Shown here one piece after another: positions 1 to 7,929 of a stretch of 64,000 nucleotides of DNA. The DNA is taken from assembly GCA_903851415.1 (NCBI GenBank), contig CAINOE010000096.1, positions 22,502-86,501 on the forward strand. Reading direction: 5' to 3'. Every line of letters begins with the position of its first letter. Within the stretch, counting starts at the first letter, position 1. The translations under genes and the position numbers were made by a program. The notes beneath the pieces are model-generated. The model was not told where the DNA came from and searched no databases. It saw only the letters and a program-made list of their open reading frames with translations. Source of the DNA: an uncultured Rhodopila sp. (GTDB lineage Bacteria; Pseudomonadota; Alphaproteobacteria; Acetobacterales; Acetobacteraceae).

Positions 1-33
1 AAGGAAATCGACTCTGCCAAGGGATCGTAACGC

Positions 34-936
34 ATGGCCACGACAGTCGGCTTCGTCGGCGTCGGCAACATGGGCTGGCCGATGGCGGCCTGCCTGGTGA
101 AGGCGGGCTTCACCGCCAACGTCCACGATTCCCGCCGCGAAACAGTTGATAACTTCGTGCAGCAGGTCGGCGGGACAGCACCCGGCAGCCTGCGGCAACT
201 CGCCGAGGCGTCTGAAGTGGTCGTCACGATGCTGCCGACGAGCGCCATCGTCGCGCGGGTGCTGACGGAAGGCGACGACAACCTGTTTTCCGGCATGAAG
301 CCGGGCACCATCATCATCGAAATGAGCTCGGGCGTGCCATCGGTCACGCAGCGTCTGGCGGAACAGGTGGCCGCGCTGGGCGGAGCATTGATCGACGCCC
401 CCGTCTCCGGCGGCGTGGCGCGCGCGAGGACCGGGCAGCTCGCGATCATGGTGGGCGGCGACGGTGCAACGATCGACCTGGCGATGCCGGTGCTTTCGGC
501 GATGGGCAGTTCCGTGCTGCGGACCGGCGCGGTAGGTTCCGGACAGGCGATGAAGGCACTGAACAACCTTGTCAGCACCGGCGGATTCCTGATCGGCATC
601 GAAGCCCTGCTGATCGGGCAGCGTTTCGGTCTCGATCCGGGGGTGATGACCGACGTGCTGAATGCGGCGACCGGCATGAACAACTCGACACAGAAGAAAT
701 TCAGGCAGTTCGTGCTGTCGCGCAAGTTCGACGCGGGTTTCACAATGGGTCTGCTGGCGAAGGATTTGTCCATCGCCTTGCAGGTCGGGCGGGAAACCGC
801 GACCGCGGCGCCGCTGTCGGCTTTGGTCAACGAAATGATCGTCTCGGCGCAGGCGAAGTTCGGGCCGGATGCGGATCATACCGAAATGGCCAGGCTGTGC
901 GAGCTGCTGGCCGGCACTGAACTGGGGGTTGGCTGA
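34..936 (+). CDS. NAD(P)-dependent oxidoreductase, 3-hydroxyisobutyrate dehydrogenase family
   Basis: GFVGVGNMG Rossmann motif, DAPVSGG, GSGQAMKALNN, F-x-x-G-F...KDL C-terminal motifs. Confidence 0.9.
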   Translation: MATTVGFVGVGNMGWPMAACLVKAGFTANVHDSRRETVDNFVQQVGGTAPGSLRQLAEASEVVVTMLPTSAIVARVLTEGDDNLFSGMKPGTIIIEMSSGVPSVTQRLAEQVAALGGALIDAPVSGGVARARTGQLAIMVGGDGATIDLAMPVLSAMGSSVLRTGAVGSGQAMKALNNLVSTGGFLIGIEALLIGQRFGLDPGVMTDVLNAATGMNNSTQKKFRQFVLSRKFDAGFTMGLLAKDLSIALQVGRETATAAPLSALVNEMIVSAQAKFGPDADHTEMARLCELLAGTELGVG

Positions 937-1715
937 TGTTTCGTTGGCTTATGCTGGCGGCTCTGGCGTTCGTTCCGGCTGCGGCTGGCGCAGCCGATCC
1001 GTCAGCGTTATGGAAAATTGTGGATGGGCAATGCGTGCCGCATGAGGAGGAGACGCACAATCCTTCGCCTTGTTCCGCTGTCGATCTGGCGAACGGAGTG
1101 GACAAGGGCACCGCGGTGCTGAAGGACATCGTCGGGATCGCCCAGTTCCTGCTGATCCCGACGGCCCGCATCGGCGGCATCGAGGATCCGGCCGTGCTGG
1201 CGCCCGGCGCCACGAACTACTGGGAGGCCGCCTGGCAGGCGCGGCATTTCGTGGACGAGCGCCTGCACACGACATTGCCGCGCGATGATGTTTCACTCGC
1301 AATCAACTCGGTTTACGGGCGGACGCAGAATGAGTTGCATATCCATATCGATTGCATCCGCGCCGACGTGCGTGACGCCCTCGCCGCGAACCGCGACAAG
1401 ATCGGCGATCATTGGGCGCCGTTTCCGGTGACGCTGGCCGGACATGATTACCGGGCGATCCGGATCGCCGGCGACACATTGGCGCACAATAATCCATTTC
1501 TTGTGCTGGCGGATAACGATCCATCGGCGCGCGCGGACATGGGGATACACACGCTGGTGGTTGCCGGTGTCACCTTCCCCGGCGGCGCGCCCGGGTTCGT
1601 TCTGTTAGACGATCATGCCGATCTGGCGGCAGGCGACCGCGCGTCGGGCGAGCAGTTGCAGGATCACGGTTGCGGCGTGGCTGATCAGATAACATCCGGC
1701 GGTGCAGCGCGGTGA
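936..1715 (+). CDS. cdh: CDP-diacylglycerol diphosphatase
   Basis: Signal peptide, LWKIV..C, QFLLIPT.RI.GIE, AINS..GRTQNELHIHIDC motifs; TGATG coupling to upstream gene. Confidence 0.85.
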   Translation: MFRWLMLAALAFVPAAAGAADPSALWKIVDGQCVPHEEETHNPSPCSAVDLANGVDKGTAVLKDIVGIAQFLLIPTARIGGIEDPAVLAPGATNYWEAAWQARHFVDERLHTTLPRDDVSLAINSVYGRTQNELHIHIDCIRADVRDALAANRDKIGDHWAPFPVTLAGHDYRAIRIAGDTLAHNNPFLVLADNDPSARADMGIHTLVVAGVTFPGGAPGFVLLDDHADLAAGDRASGEQLQDHGCGVADQITSGGAAR

Positions 1716-1867
1716 CGCCCGCCGTGACCGCCGCCACCGCCGATGAGCGCCGGATCAGGGCGACAACGAAGCCGTTTATTGCCGCTCATGAAGCGCATGC
1801 CGATTGTTACAGGTTCGGCCACGTTGCGCGCCGGTGCGCCGTCTCGGTCAAAGCCGGCGTGACCCGG

Positions 1868-1893
1868 CCAACTGTTCGCTTCACTGCTGCGTT
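1868..1893 (+). promoter_or_regulatory. possible EcfG (general stress sigma) promoter
   Basis: CCAAC-N17-CGTT about 57 bp upstream of the hydrophilic repeat protein; imperfect match to GGAAC-N16/17-CGTT. Confidence 0.3.
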
Positions 1894-1949
1894 TCCTCGC
1901 CTCGGCCGGCGCATTTTCGCCGGACGCAAGTGAATGAGGACCTCTGTCC

Positions 1950-2249
1950 ATGGCGAATGATACCAATACGCACACGCGCGGCGCGGTAAAGGACCCGGAG
2001 CATGACGGCCGGCTGAAGGAAAACCGCGAAAGCGGCACCGGCAAGGGGACCAGCCACGCGTCAGGGCATACGCCGGGCGCTGTGAAAGATCCCGAGCATG
2101 ACGGCCGGCTGAAGGAAAACCGCGAAAGCGGCACCGGCAAGGGCAGCAGCGAAGCATCCGGACATACCCCGGGCGCCGTGAAAGATCCCGAGCATGATGG
2201 CCGTTTGAAGGAAAACCGCGACAAGGGCGTGCATAAGAGCGACGCATAG
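1950..2249 (+). CDS. small hydrophilic protein with three 32-aa tandem repeats (HTxGAVKDPEHDGRLKENR), stress-protein-like
   Basis: GAGGA RBS; 96-bp period repeats starting at 1971, 2067 and 2163 with synonymous variation; followed by hairpin. Confidence 0.75.
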   Translation: MANDTNTHTRGAVKDPEHDGRLKENRESGTGKGTSHASGHTPGAVKDPEHDGRLKENRESGTGKGSSEASGHTPGAVKDPEHDGRLKENRDKGVHKSDA

Positions 2250-2260
2250 TCTTCAACGCC

Positions 2261-2294
2261 CCGCCGCGCCGGTCAACGCCGATCGGCGCGGCGG
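2261..2294 (+). terminator. GC-rich stem-loop downstream of repeat protein
   Basis: ccgccgcgccggtc / gatcggcgcggcgg inverted repeat; no clear U-tract. Confidence 0.5.
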
Positions 2295-2387
2295 CTCAAC
2301 CCCGACCTCACGCTTCGTTTACATCAAACGACGCGAAAAATCGGACCCTGTTGACTGGTCCACAGCGGCTTCGGGCCGCCACCCGTA

Positions 2388-2452
2388 GGTTTCCTCTCGT
2401 CGATCACCGACACCCGGAAGCAGGAACTTCCGGACAGTCAGAGAAGGAAACC
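2388..2452 (+). promoter_or_regulatory. structured 5' leader predicted to sequester the RBS
   Basis: GGTTTCCT (2388-2395) complementary to AGGAAACC (2445-2452), enclosing hairpins 2399-2411 and 2414-2433. Confidence 0.4.
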
Positions 2453-2457
2453 AAGTC

Positions 2458-3045
2458 ATGCGCTCCATCATCCTGTCCAGCATCGCAGCTTTCGCCGCTG
2501 TTGCCGCGACCTCGGTCACACCCGCAAGCGCCCAGATCTCGATCACGCACGGCGGCGGCAACGTGAACGTCGCCAAGGGCGCGCTCAGCGAGGCCGACCA
2601 GTCCGCGACGACATTGGGTGGCCTGGCGAGCGGCCACGGCAAGGCCATCACCAACGGCGGCAACAACCGCAACATCGCCTCCGGCCCGCTCAGCTATGCC
2701 GGCCAGGACACCACCACCCTGGGCGGCACCGCGCTCGGCCATGGCCTGGCGGTCACCAACGGCGGTTACAACAACAACATCTCCAAGGGCTTCGGCAGCT
2801 CGGCGACGCAGTCCACCCTGACCCTGGGCGGCACCGCCTATGGCCACGGCAAGTCGATCACCAGCGGCGGCTACAACTCCAACCTCGCGGCCGGCGCGTT
2901 CTCCTCGGCGGACCAGCAGGTTGCCACTGTCGGCGGCACCGCCGGGCGGCACGGACTGAACGTGGTCAGCGGCGGGCAGAACAAGAACGCGGCGCTTGGC
3001 TTCGGCTCCTCGGCTTCGCAGCAGGTGTTCACCGGCGGGCAATAA
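2458..3045 (+). CDS. secreted Gly/Ser/Asn/Thr-rich protein with 4.7 x 35-aa repeats (candidate amyloid/beta-solenoid major subunit)
   Basis: Sec signal ending ASA; repeats GGxNxNxAxGxxSxAxQxxxTLGGxAxGHG; AAGGA RBS; strongly biased GC-rich codon usage. Confidence 0.8.
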   Translation: MRSIILSSIAAFAAVAATSVTPASAQISITHGGGNVNVAKGALSEADQSATTLGGLASGHGKAITNGGNNRNIASGPLSYAGQDTTTLGGTALGHGLAVTNGGYNNNISKGFGSSATQSTLTLGGTAYGHGKSITSGGYNSNLAAGAFSSADQQVATVGGTAGRHGLNVVSGGQNKNAALGFGSSASQQVFTGGQ

Positions 3046-3078
3046 GTTCGGGTGAGGCTGAACGTTACGTCCACAGAC

Positions 3079-3104
3079 CCGGCCCCGCGGGAGAGCGGGG
3101 CCGG
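3079..3104 (+). terminator. intergenic stem-loop (attenuator or mRNA stabiliser)
   Basis: ccggccccgc-gggaga-gcggggccgg, perfect 10-bp stem. Confidence 0.55.
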
Positions 3105-3126
3105 ACCTCCCTGAGGAGACCGTTTC

Positions 3127-3555
3127 ATGTTACGAGCAACACTTACCGCCCTGACTTTGTTGGCGGCGCTTCCCGCCGCGGCACAGGACCGGGGCGGCAT
3201 GCATATGAACAACGCGATGTCCGAGCTGGGGGCGATCCAGTCCAACCAGGGCTGTCCGCTGTCGGCAACCAGCGTGACCGTCGGCGTCAACAACGCGATG
3301 GGCGGCGGATCGTCCGCCGGCCAGCAGCTTGCGACCCGGGGCGGCGGACCGTCCGGGTGCCGCCCCCTGGTGAGCACGCAGGTGGTCACCGGCGCCAACC
3401 TGGCGCTCGGCCGCGGTTCCTATGCCGGCCAGGCGATCACCGCGCAGGGGCCGGGCGGGGTTCTGGCAACCGACACATACACCCGTGGCTACAACGCGGG
3501 CTACGGCGCGCTGTCCACCGCCAATCAGCGCCTGATCAACCAGACCGGGCATTGA
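3127..3555 (+). CDS. secreted protein with three GxNxAxGxxSxAxQ-type repeats (candidate minor subunit/nucleator)
   Basis: GAGGAG RBS, signal peptide, motif shared with upstream protein, two Cys. Confidence 0.75.
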   Translation: MLRATLTALTLLAALPAAAQDRGGMHMNNAMSELGAIQSNQGCPLSATSVTVGVNNAMGGGSSAGQQLATRGGGPSGCRPLVSTQVVTGANLALGRGSYAGQAITAQGPGGVLATDTYTRGYNAGYGALSTANQRLINQTGH

Positions 3556-3565
3556 GGAGGCTTCC

Positions 3566-3928
3566 ATGTCCCGCCATGTCCGAGCGTTCGCCCTGGTTGG
3601 CTTGTGGGTTGTCTGGTGCGGCGCCTCGGCGCGGGCCGAGACGTTGCGCTGCCAGTCGGTGAACGGAAACCTGAACTGCGCCGGTTCGAGCGGTGTCAGT
3701 TGCCAGACCGTCAACGGACGCAGGACCTGTGTCAGCGGTCATGGCGGCGTGGTGCAGTCGTTCGGCGGCGGCGCGCCGCCGGATGTTTCTGTTGATGACG
3801 GGGATGAGCGCGGAGAGCCGGGTGCGGCGCAGGCACCGGAGGGCCGGCGAGGGCCAGGCGTTCCGCCGCGGCGGGATGCCTCCGGATTGCACCTGCAAGC
3901 CGATGGGCTGTCCCTGGATCCCGATTGA
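3566..3928 (+). CDS. secreted hypothetical protein with two CQ(S/T)VNGxxxC motifs
   Basis: GAGGAGG RBS, signal peptide ending ARA, four Cys. Confidence 0.7.
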   Translation: MSRHVRAFALVGLWVVWCGASARAETLRCQSVNGNLNCAGSSGVSCQTVNGRRTCVSGHGGVVQSFGGGAPPDVSVDDGDERGEPGAAQAPEGRRGPGVPPRRDASGLHLQADGLSLDPD

Positions 3929-3957
3929 GTTTGTCTTCAGGTGAAAGGGTGCTGACG

Positions 3958-4518
3958 ATGACACGCTTGAGTGTGCTGGCCGGCGTGGCGCTGCTGTCGC
4001 TTGGCGGGTCCGGCTTGGCGCAGGAGACCGGGGGCCTCGGACTCGATCCGTCCATCAAGGACGGGCCGCATGGCCTGGCCCGGCCGATGCAATTTCTGCG
4101 CAACCCGTACATGACGGCGCGGGATGTCCAGGGCGGCATGACGGCGGCGGATCATCAGGCCAAGGACCAGGCGATGATCAGCGCGTTGCGCGGCGACCCG
4201 GGTTACCTGGCGGGATTTTCGATGGGCACGCCGCTCGCCCCCAGCCGCCAGCCGGTCGCGGCTTTGCCGGATGACGGCGGCTATCGCTACCGGCGGCAGC
4301 ATGGTCATGGCGATGGGCCGATCATCATCAACAACGGGGGGCCGCTGGCGGTGACGGTAGGGAACGGCAATCTGGTGCAGCAGCAATCGGCGACGGGGTC
4401 CGGGCCGATTGCTCAGCAGCAGGTGGCAACGACACCGGCGCGGGGGGCGCCGGGGGGTGGAGCGCTCAACCTTGTGTCGGGGATGGGCAACATTATCCAG
4501 CGTGCGCCGGGCAGTTAA
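3958..4518 (+). CDS. secreted hypothetical protein with Asn/Gln/Gly-rich C-terminal beta segments
   Basis: Signal peptide from ATG 3958; IIINNGGPLAVTVGNGNLVQQQ and LNLVSGMGNIIQR segments. Confidence 0.7.
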   Translation: MTRLSVLAGVALLSLGGSGLAQETGGLGLDPSIKDGPHGLARPMQFLRNPYMTARDVQGGMTAADHQAKDQAMISALRGDPGYLAGFSMGTPLAPSRQPVAALPDDGGYRYRRQHGHGDGPIIINNGGPLAVTVGNGNLVQQQSATGSGPIAQQQVATTPARGAPGGGALNLVSGMGNIIQRAPGS

Positions 4519-4528
4519 CGGAACGGAT

Positions 4529-5977
4529 TCAGAACTTCACACTCAACCTGCCGGCAAAAACAAACGCATTCGGCAAATTCGGATCGGCATTGGGATGAAT
4601 GAAGTATTGTAGGCCCGGCTCGAAAGTAATGCCACGGTAGACCCGGGCGATGTAGTCCAGTTCAACGGCGTATTCGTTACTCTGCGGATGCGCCGCGCCG
4701 TTGGCCAGCGGAAGCCCAAGCGCCGCCTGTTGCTGCTGCAGCGACCCAAGCTGGTTGCTGATCCCCCACCAGGCGCCCGACAGCATGATCTGGTCGCTCG
4801 GACGCGACCGCCAGAACCCCTGTTCCAGCAAACCGAGATAAGCGGTTTGCCAGGTCGCCGAAACATCCGACGAACTGTGGCCATAGGTCCCGATCAGCGT
4901 AAGTCCCGCGTTCTCGCCCGGCCCCTGCCGGATTAGCATTTGGTCGGCTGTCGCCCAGAACTGCATCCGTCCGCTGACCAGCGCCGGCGTCTCCGCTGAC
5001 AGCAGCAGCGGGCCGCCTCTGGCGTTCTCGCTGAGGCTGTTGAAATCGGAGGTGTCGTACGCGAAACCGAGCTTGTAATGGCCGGTCAGGCGGGTCGGCC
5101 CAAGGACGGGCTCCCAGGCAATTTCCACCGGCAGGATCGTTCCGGTCGCATTGACCGTGCTCCAGCTCCAGCCGGTGCGCCCGCCGCCCGGGAACGGCTC
5201 GGATTCATAGGCGCCGAACTGGATATAGGTCTCCGGCGTTGGCCGCGCGCGGATGCGGCCGCCCCAGGTCGATTGCGGCCACGATGTGAACGAGGCATTA
5301 TTGGTCAAGGCCCTCGGCGTGCCGCAATTGATCAGAGCGATCGGAATGCAATAGAGCGGCGACGCGGCGAAATCGGTGGCCACCGGCAAACGCCCGACCG
5401 CGATGTTCAGCCGATCGTTGAACAGCTTTTCTTCGCCGTACAGATAGACAAAATGGACACCTACGCCAAAGCCGGCGCCATAAACTTCGGCAGACTGCGT
5501 GAGGTTGTCGCCGTAATTGCGGCTGATGTTGCTGCCGCTGCGGTTGACCACTGCAAAATGGCTGCTGAAGCCGGGAATATTTGCAAGTTTTTCCCAGTCT
5601 ACATCGAGCGAAAAGGTGATCTGGTTGGCCGCGCCGGCGCCCGTTTTCAAGCCGCTCGTGTTGGCGCCAAACTCTGATAGTGCGCCGACTTCTATATCGA
5701 TGCCCTTGTTGAGCAGCCTGGTGCGCTCGCCACCCGGGTCGCCGAGCAGATTGGTCTCCTCGAACGGCGACGGAGCGGTAGCCACCGGCGGCTGGTTCAG
5801 TTCCTTCTGGTTCTCGCTGCCCGGCTCTCCCGGCTGCACGCCGGTGCCCTGCGCCCGGGCCGGCAGGCTGGCTGCCAGTGTCAGGCCGCAAAACACGATT
5901 GCGCCTCCGAGCGTTTTGCCCGGCACGCCTGCCCGATACCAATTCAACATCGCCGTTTCCTCTTTTGTTGGTACCAT
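4529..5977 (-). CDS. oprB: carbohydrate-selective porin, OprB family
   Basis: LLGDPGGERTRL N-terminal motif, GHYKLG, PGLQYFIHP, terminal F; downstream of PTS genes; start may be the TTG after the GAGGA RBS. Confidence 0.85.
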   Translation of the reverse strand: MVPTKEETAMLNWYRAGVPGKTLGGAIVFCGLTLAASLPARAQGTGVQPGEPGSENQKELNQPPVATAPSPFEETNLLGDPGGERTRLLNKGIDIEVGALSEFGANTSGLKTGAGAANQITFSLDVDWEKLANIPGFSSHFAVVNRSGSNISRNYGDNLTQSAEVYGAGFGVGVHFVYLYGEEKLFNDRLNIAVGRLPVATDFAASPLYCIPIALINCGTPRALTNNASFTSWPQSTWGGRIRARPTPETYIQFGAYESEPFPGGGRTGWSWSTVNATGTILPVEIAWEPVLGPTRLTGHYKLGFAYDTSDFNSLSENARGGPLLLSAETPALVSGRMQFWATADQMLIRQGPGENAGLTLIGTYGHSSSDVSATWQTAYLGLLEQGFWRSRPSDQIMLSGAWWGISNQLGSLQQQQAALGLPLANGAAHPQSNEYAVELDYIARVYRGITFEPGLQYFIHPNADPNLPNAFVFAGRLSVKF

Positions 5978-6089
5978 TTTTTACTTGTTGTCGTCTGCGA
6001 TTCGAACGGTTATGCTCCCCGGTTTGCAGGTGCGAAGGACGCCGTAAAGGCCGTTTTCGTTACCGGCGTCTCGTTTCGAACGCGTCCAA

Positions 6090-7892
6090 TCAGGCAGGCG
6101 CGTGGACCGTCCGCGTTTTGGCCATGGCGGCGGTATACTCGGCCGCTGCCGGTCCGATGATCAGGTGGAACACTCCATCGGCAAGCGGCATGACCGCCCG
6201 TACGCCGGCCGCGTGCGCGCCGGCCGCGTCGAATTTGCCAGCGTCCTCAAGCCGCACCCGGACACGGGTCGCGGCGACGGTCAACACGTCAAGAAGATTG
6301 GCCTCGCCGCCGAGCGCCAGCAGCAACGCCTCGGCCTGCGCTTTGACCGCCGCGGAGGGTGCCGCGACCGGCGCTGCGACCTGTGCGGGCGCCGGCGCGG
6401 GCGGCGCCGGCACCGCTTCCGGCTTGCCGCCATCCTGGCGAAGGAACTCGTCCATGTCCGTCTTGAGGTTCTCCGACCGCGTGCCGAAGATCGCCTGGAC
6501 ACTCTCCCCGACCCGCATGACGCCTGCCGCCCCGAGCGCCTTGAAGCGTTTCTCGTCCACCAGCGCGGGATCGCGAACGCCCACGCGCAGCCGGGTGATG
6601 CAGGCATCGAGGCTGACGATGTTCTCCCGCCCGCCGAACGCGGCAACCAGTTGGCGCGACATGGCAAAGCGGTCCGCGGCACCGTCCACCGGCGCTGCTT
6701 CCGCCATGGCCAGGCCGTCGGCGTCCTCGCGGCCCGGCGTCTTGAGGTTGAAGCGCAGGATGACCGTGCGGAACAGCACGAAGTAGATCACCGCATAGAT
6801 CGGCCCGGCGACCAGGACGATCCACCAGTTATGCGCGGTCTTGCCGAACACATTGAACAGCAGGAAGTCGATGCCGCCCTGGGAGAAGGTGAAGCCCATG
6901 TGCATGTCGAACGTGTTGGCAAGGAACTGCGTGCTCGACGCCAGGACCGCGTGCATCAGGTACAGCACCGGGGCGACGAACAGGAACGAGAATTCTATCG
7001 GCTCGGTGATGCCGGTGAGGAATGAGGTCAGCGCGGCGGAGATCATGATGCCGCCGACGAGTTTCCGGTTCTCCGGCCGCGCGGTCTGCCAGATCGCGAT
7101 GGCCGCGGCAGGCAGGCCGAACATCTTGAAGATGAATGCGCCGGCAAGAATCCCCGCCGTGCGGTCGCCGGCGAAAAAGCGGTTGATGTCGCCATGCACC
7201 ACCTTCCCGGCGGCGTCGGTAAACGAGCCTATCTGGAAAAAGAATGGAACGTTCCAGATGTGGTGCAGGCCGAACGGGATCAGCAGCCGCTCGACAAAGC
7301 CATAGATCGTTGCGGCGGTGCGCGGATCGCTCTCGGCCGCCCAGTGCGAGAACACATCGATCCCATGCTGGATCGGCGGCCAGATCACCGACAGCGCGAT
7401 CCCCACCGCAATCGCCGCCACTCCAGTAACGATCGGCACGAACCGTTTGCCGGCGAAGAAGCCGAGATACGTTGGTAGTTCGATCCGATAATAGCGGTTG
7501 AACAGCACCGCGGCCACGGCACCGATGATGATGCCGCCGAATACCCCGGTTTCCATCGACTTCATGCCGAGCACCATCGACGGCTCGACACCGAAAAAGC
7601 TGGCCATGACGCCCATCGTGGCGACCATGACGACAAAGCCGACCACCGCGGCGATCGCCGCCACGCCGTCGTTGTTGGCCAGGCCCAGAGCGACGCCGAC
7701 CGCGAAAATCAGCGGCAGGTTGCCGAAGACGGCGGCGCCGCTTTGCGCCATCACCTGCGAGACGATCGCCGGCAGAAATGAGAAGTTCGAGGCGCCGATG
7801 CCCAGCAGCAGCCCCGCCACCGGCAGCACCGCCACCGGCAGCATCAAAGACTTGCCGATCTTCTGCAGCCATCCGAAGGCTGATGTCAGCAT
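6090..7892 (-). CDS. ptsG: PTS glucose transporter EIICB with extra degenerate EIIB domain
   Basis: [40 protein letters not shown] phosphorylation site; start set at ATG 7892. Confidence 0.9.
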   Translation of the reverse strand: MLTSAFGWLQKIGKSLMLPVAVLPVAGLLLGIGASNFSFLPAIVSQVMAQSGAAVFGNLPLIFAVGVALGLANNDGVAAIAAVVGFVVMVATMGVMASFFGVEPSMVLGMKSMETGVFGGIIIGAVAAVLFNRYYRIELPTYLGFFAGKRFVPIVTGVAAIAVGIALSVIWPPIQHGIDVFSHWAAESDPRTAATIYGFVERLLIPFGLHHIWNVPFFFQIGSFTDAAGKVVHGDINRFFAGDRTAGILAGAFIFKMFGLPAAAIAIWQTARPENRKLVGGIMISAALTSFLTGITEPIEFSFLFVAPVLYLMHAVLASSTQFLANTFDMHMGFTFSQGGIDFLLFNVFGKTAHNWWIVLVAGPIYAVIYFVLFRTVILRFNLKTPGREDADGLAMAEAAPVDGAADRFAMSRQLVAAFGGRENIVSLDACITRLRVGVRDPALVDEKRFKALGAAGVMRVGESVQAIFGTRSENLKTDMDEFLRQDGGKPEAVPAPPAPAPAQVAAPVAAPSAAVKAQAEALLLALGGEANLLDVLTVAATRVRVRLEDAGKFDAAGAHAAGVRAVMPLADGVFHLIIGPAAAEYTAAMAKTRTVHAPA

Positions 7893-7929
7893 GGTTCGTT
7901 CCCCCTTTTTTTGGCGCTCGATGCCGCCG

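Noticed and set aside
1971-2222. 96-bp direct repeats as a CRISPR array
   Set aside because: In-frame coding repeats with near-identical linkers, no unique spacers and no cas genes.
2458-3555. Calling these genes csgA/csgB or fapC/fapB
   Set aside because: Repeat period (35 aa) and consensus differ from curlin (about 22 aa, QxGxxN) and Fap (GxNxAAGxGNQQ); no csgG or fapF nearby.
4529-5977. OprB as the secretion channel for the repeat proteins
   Set aside because: It is on the opposite strand and belongs to the PTS operon.
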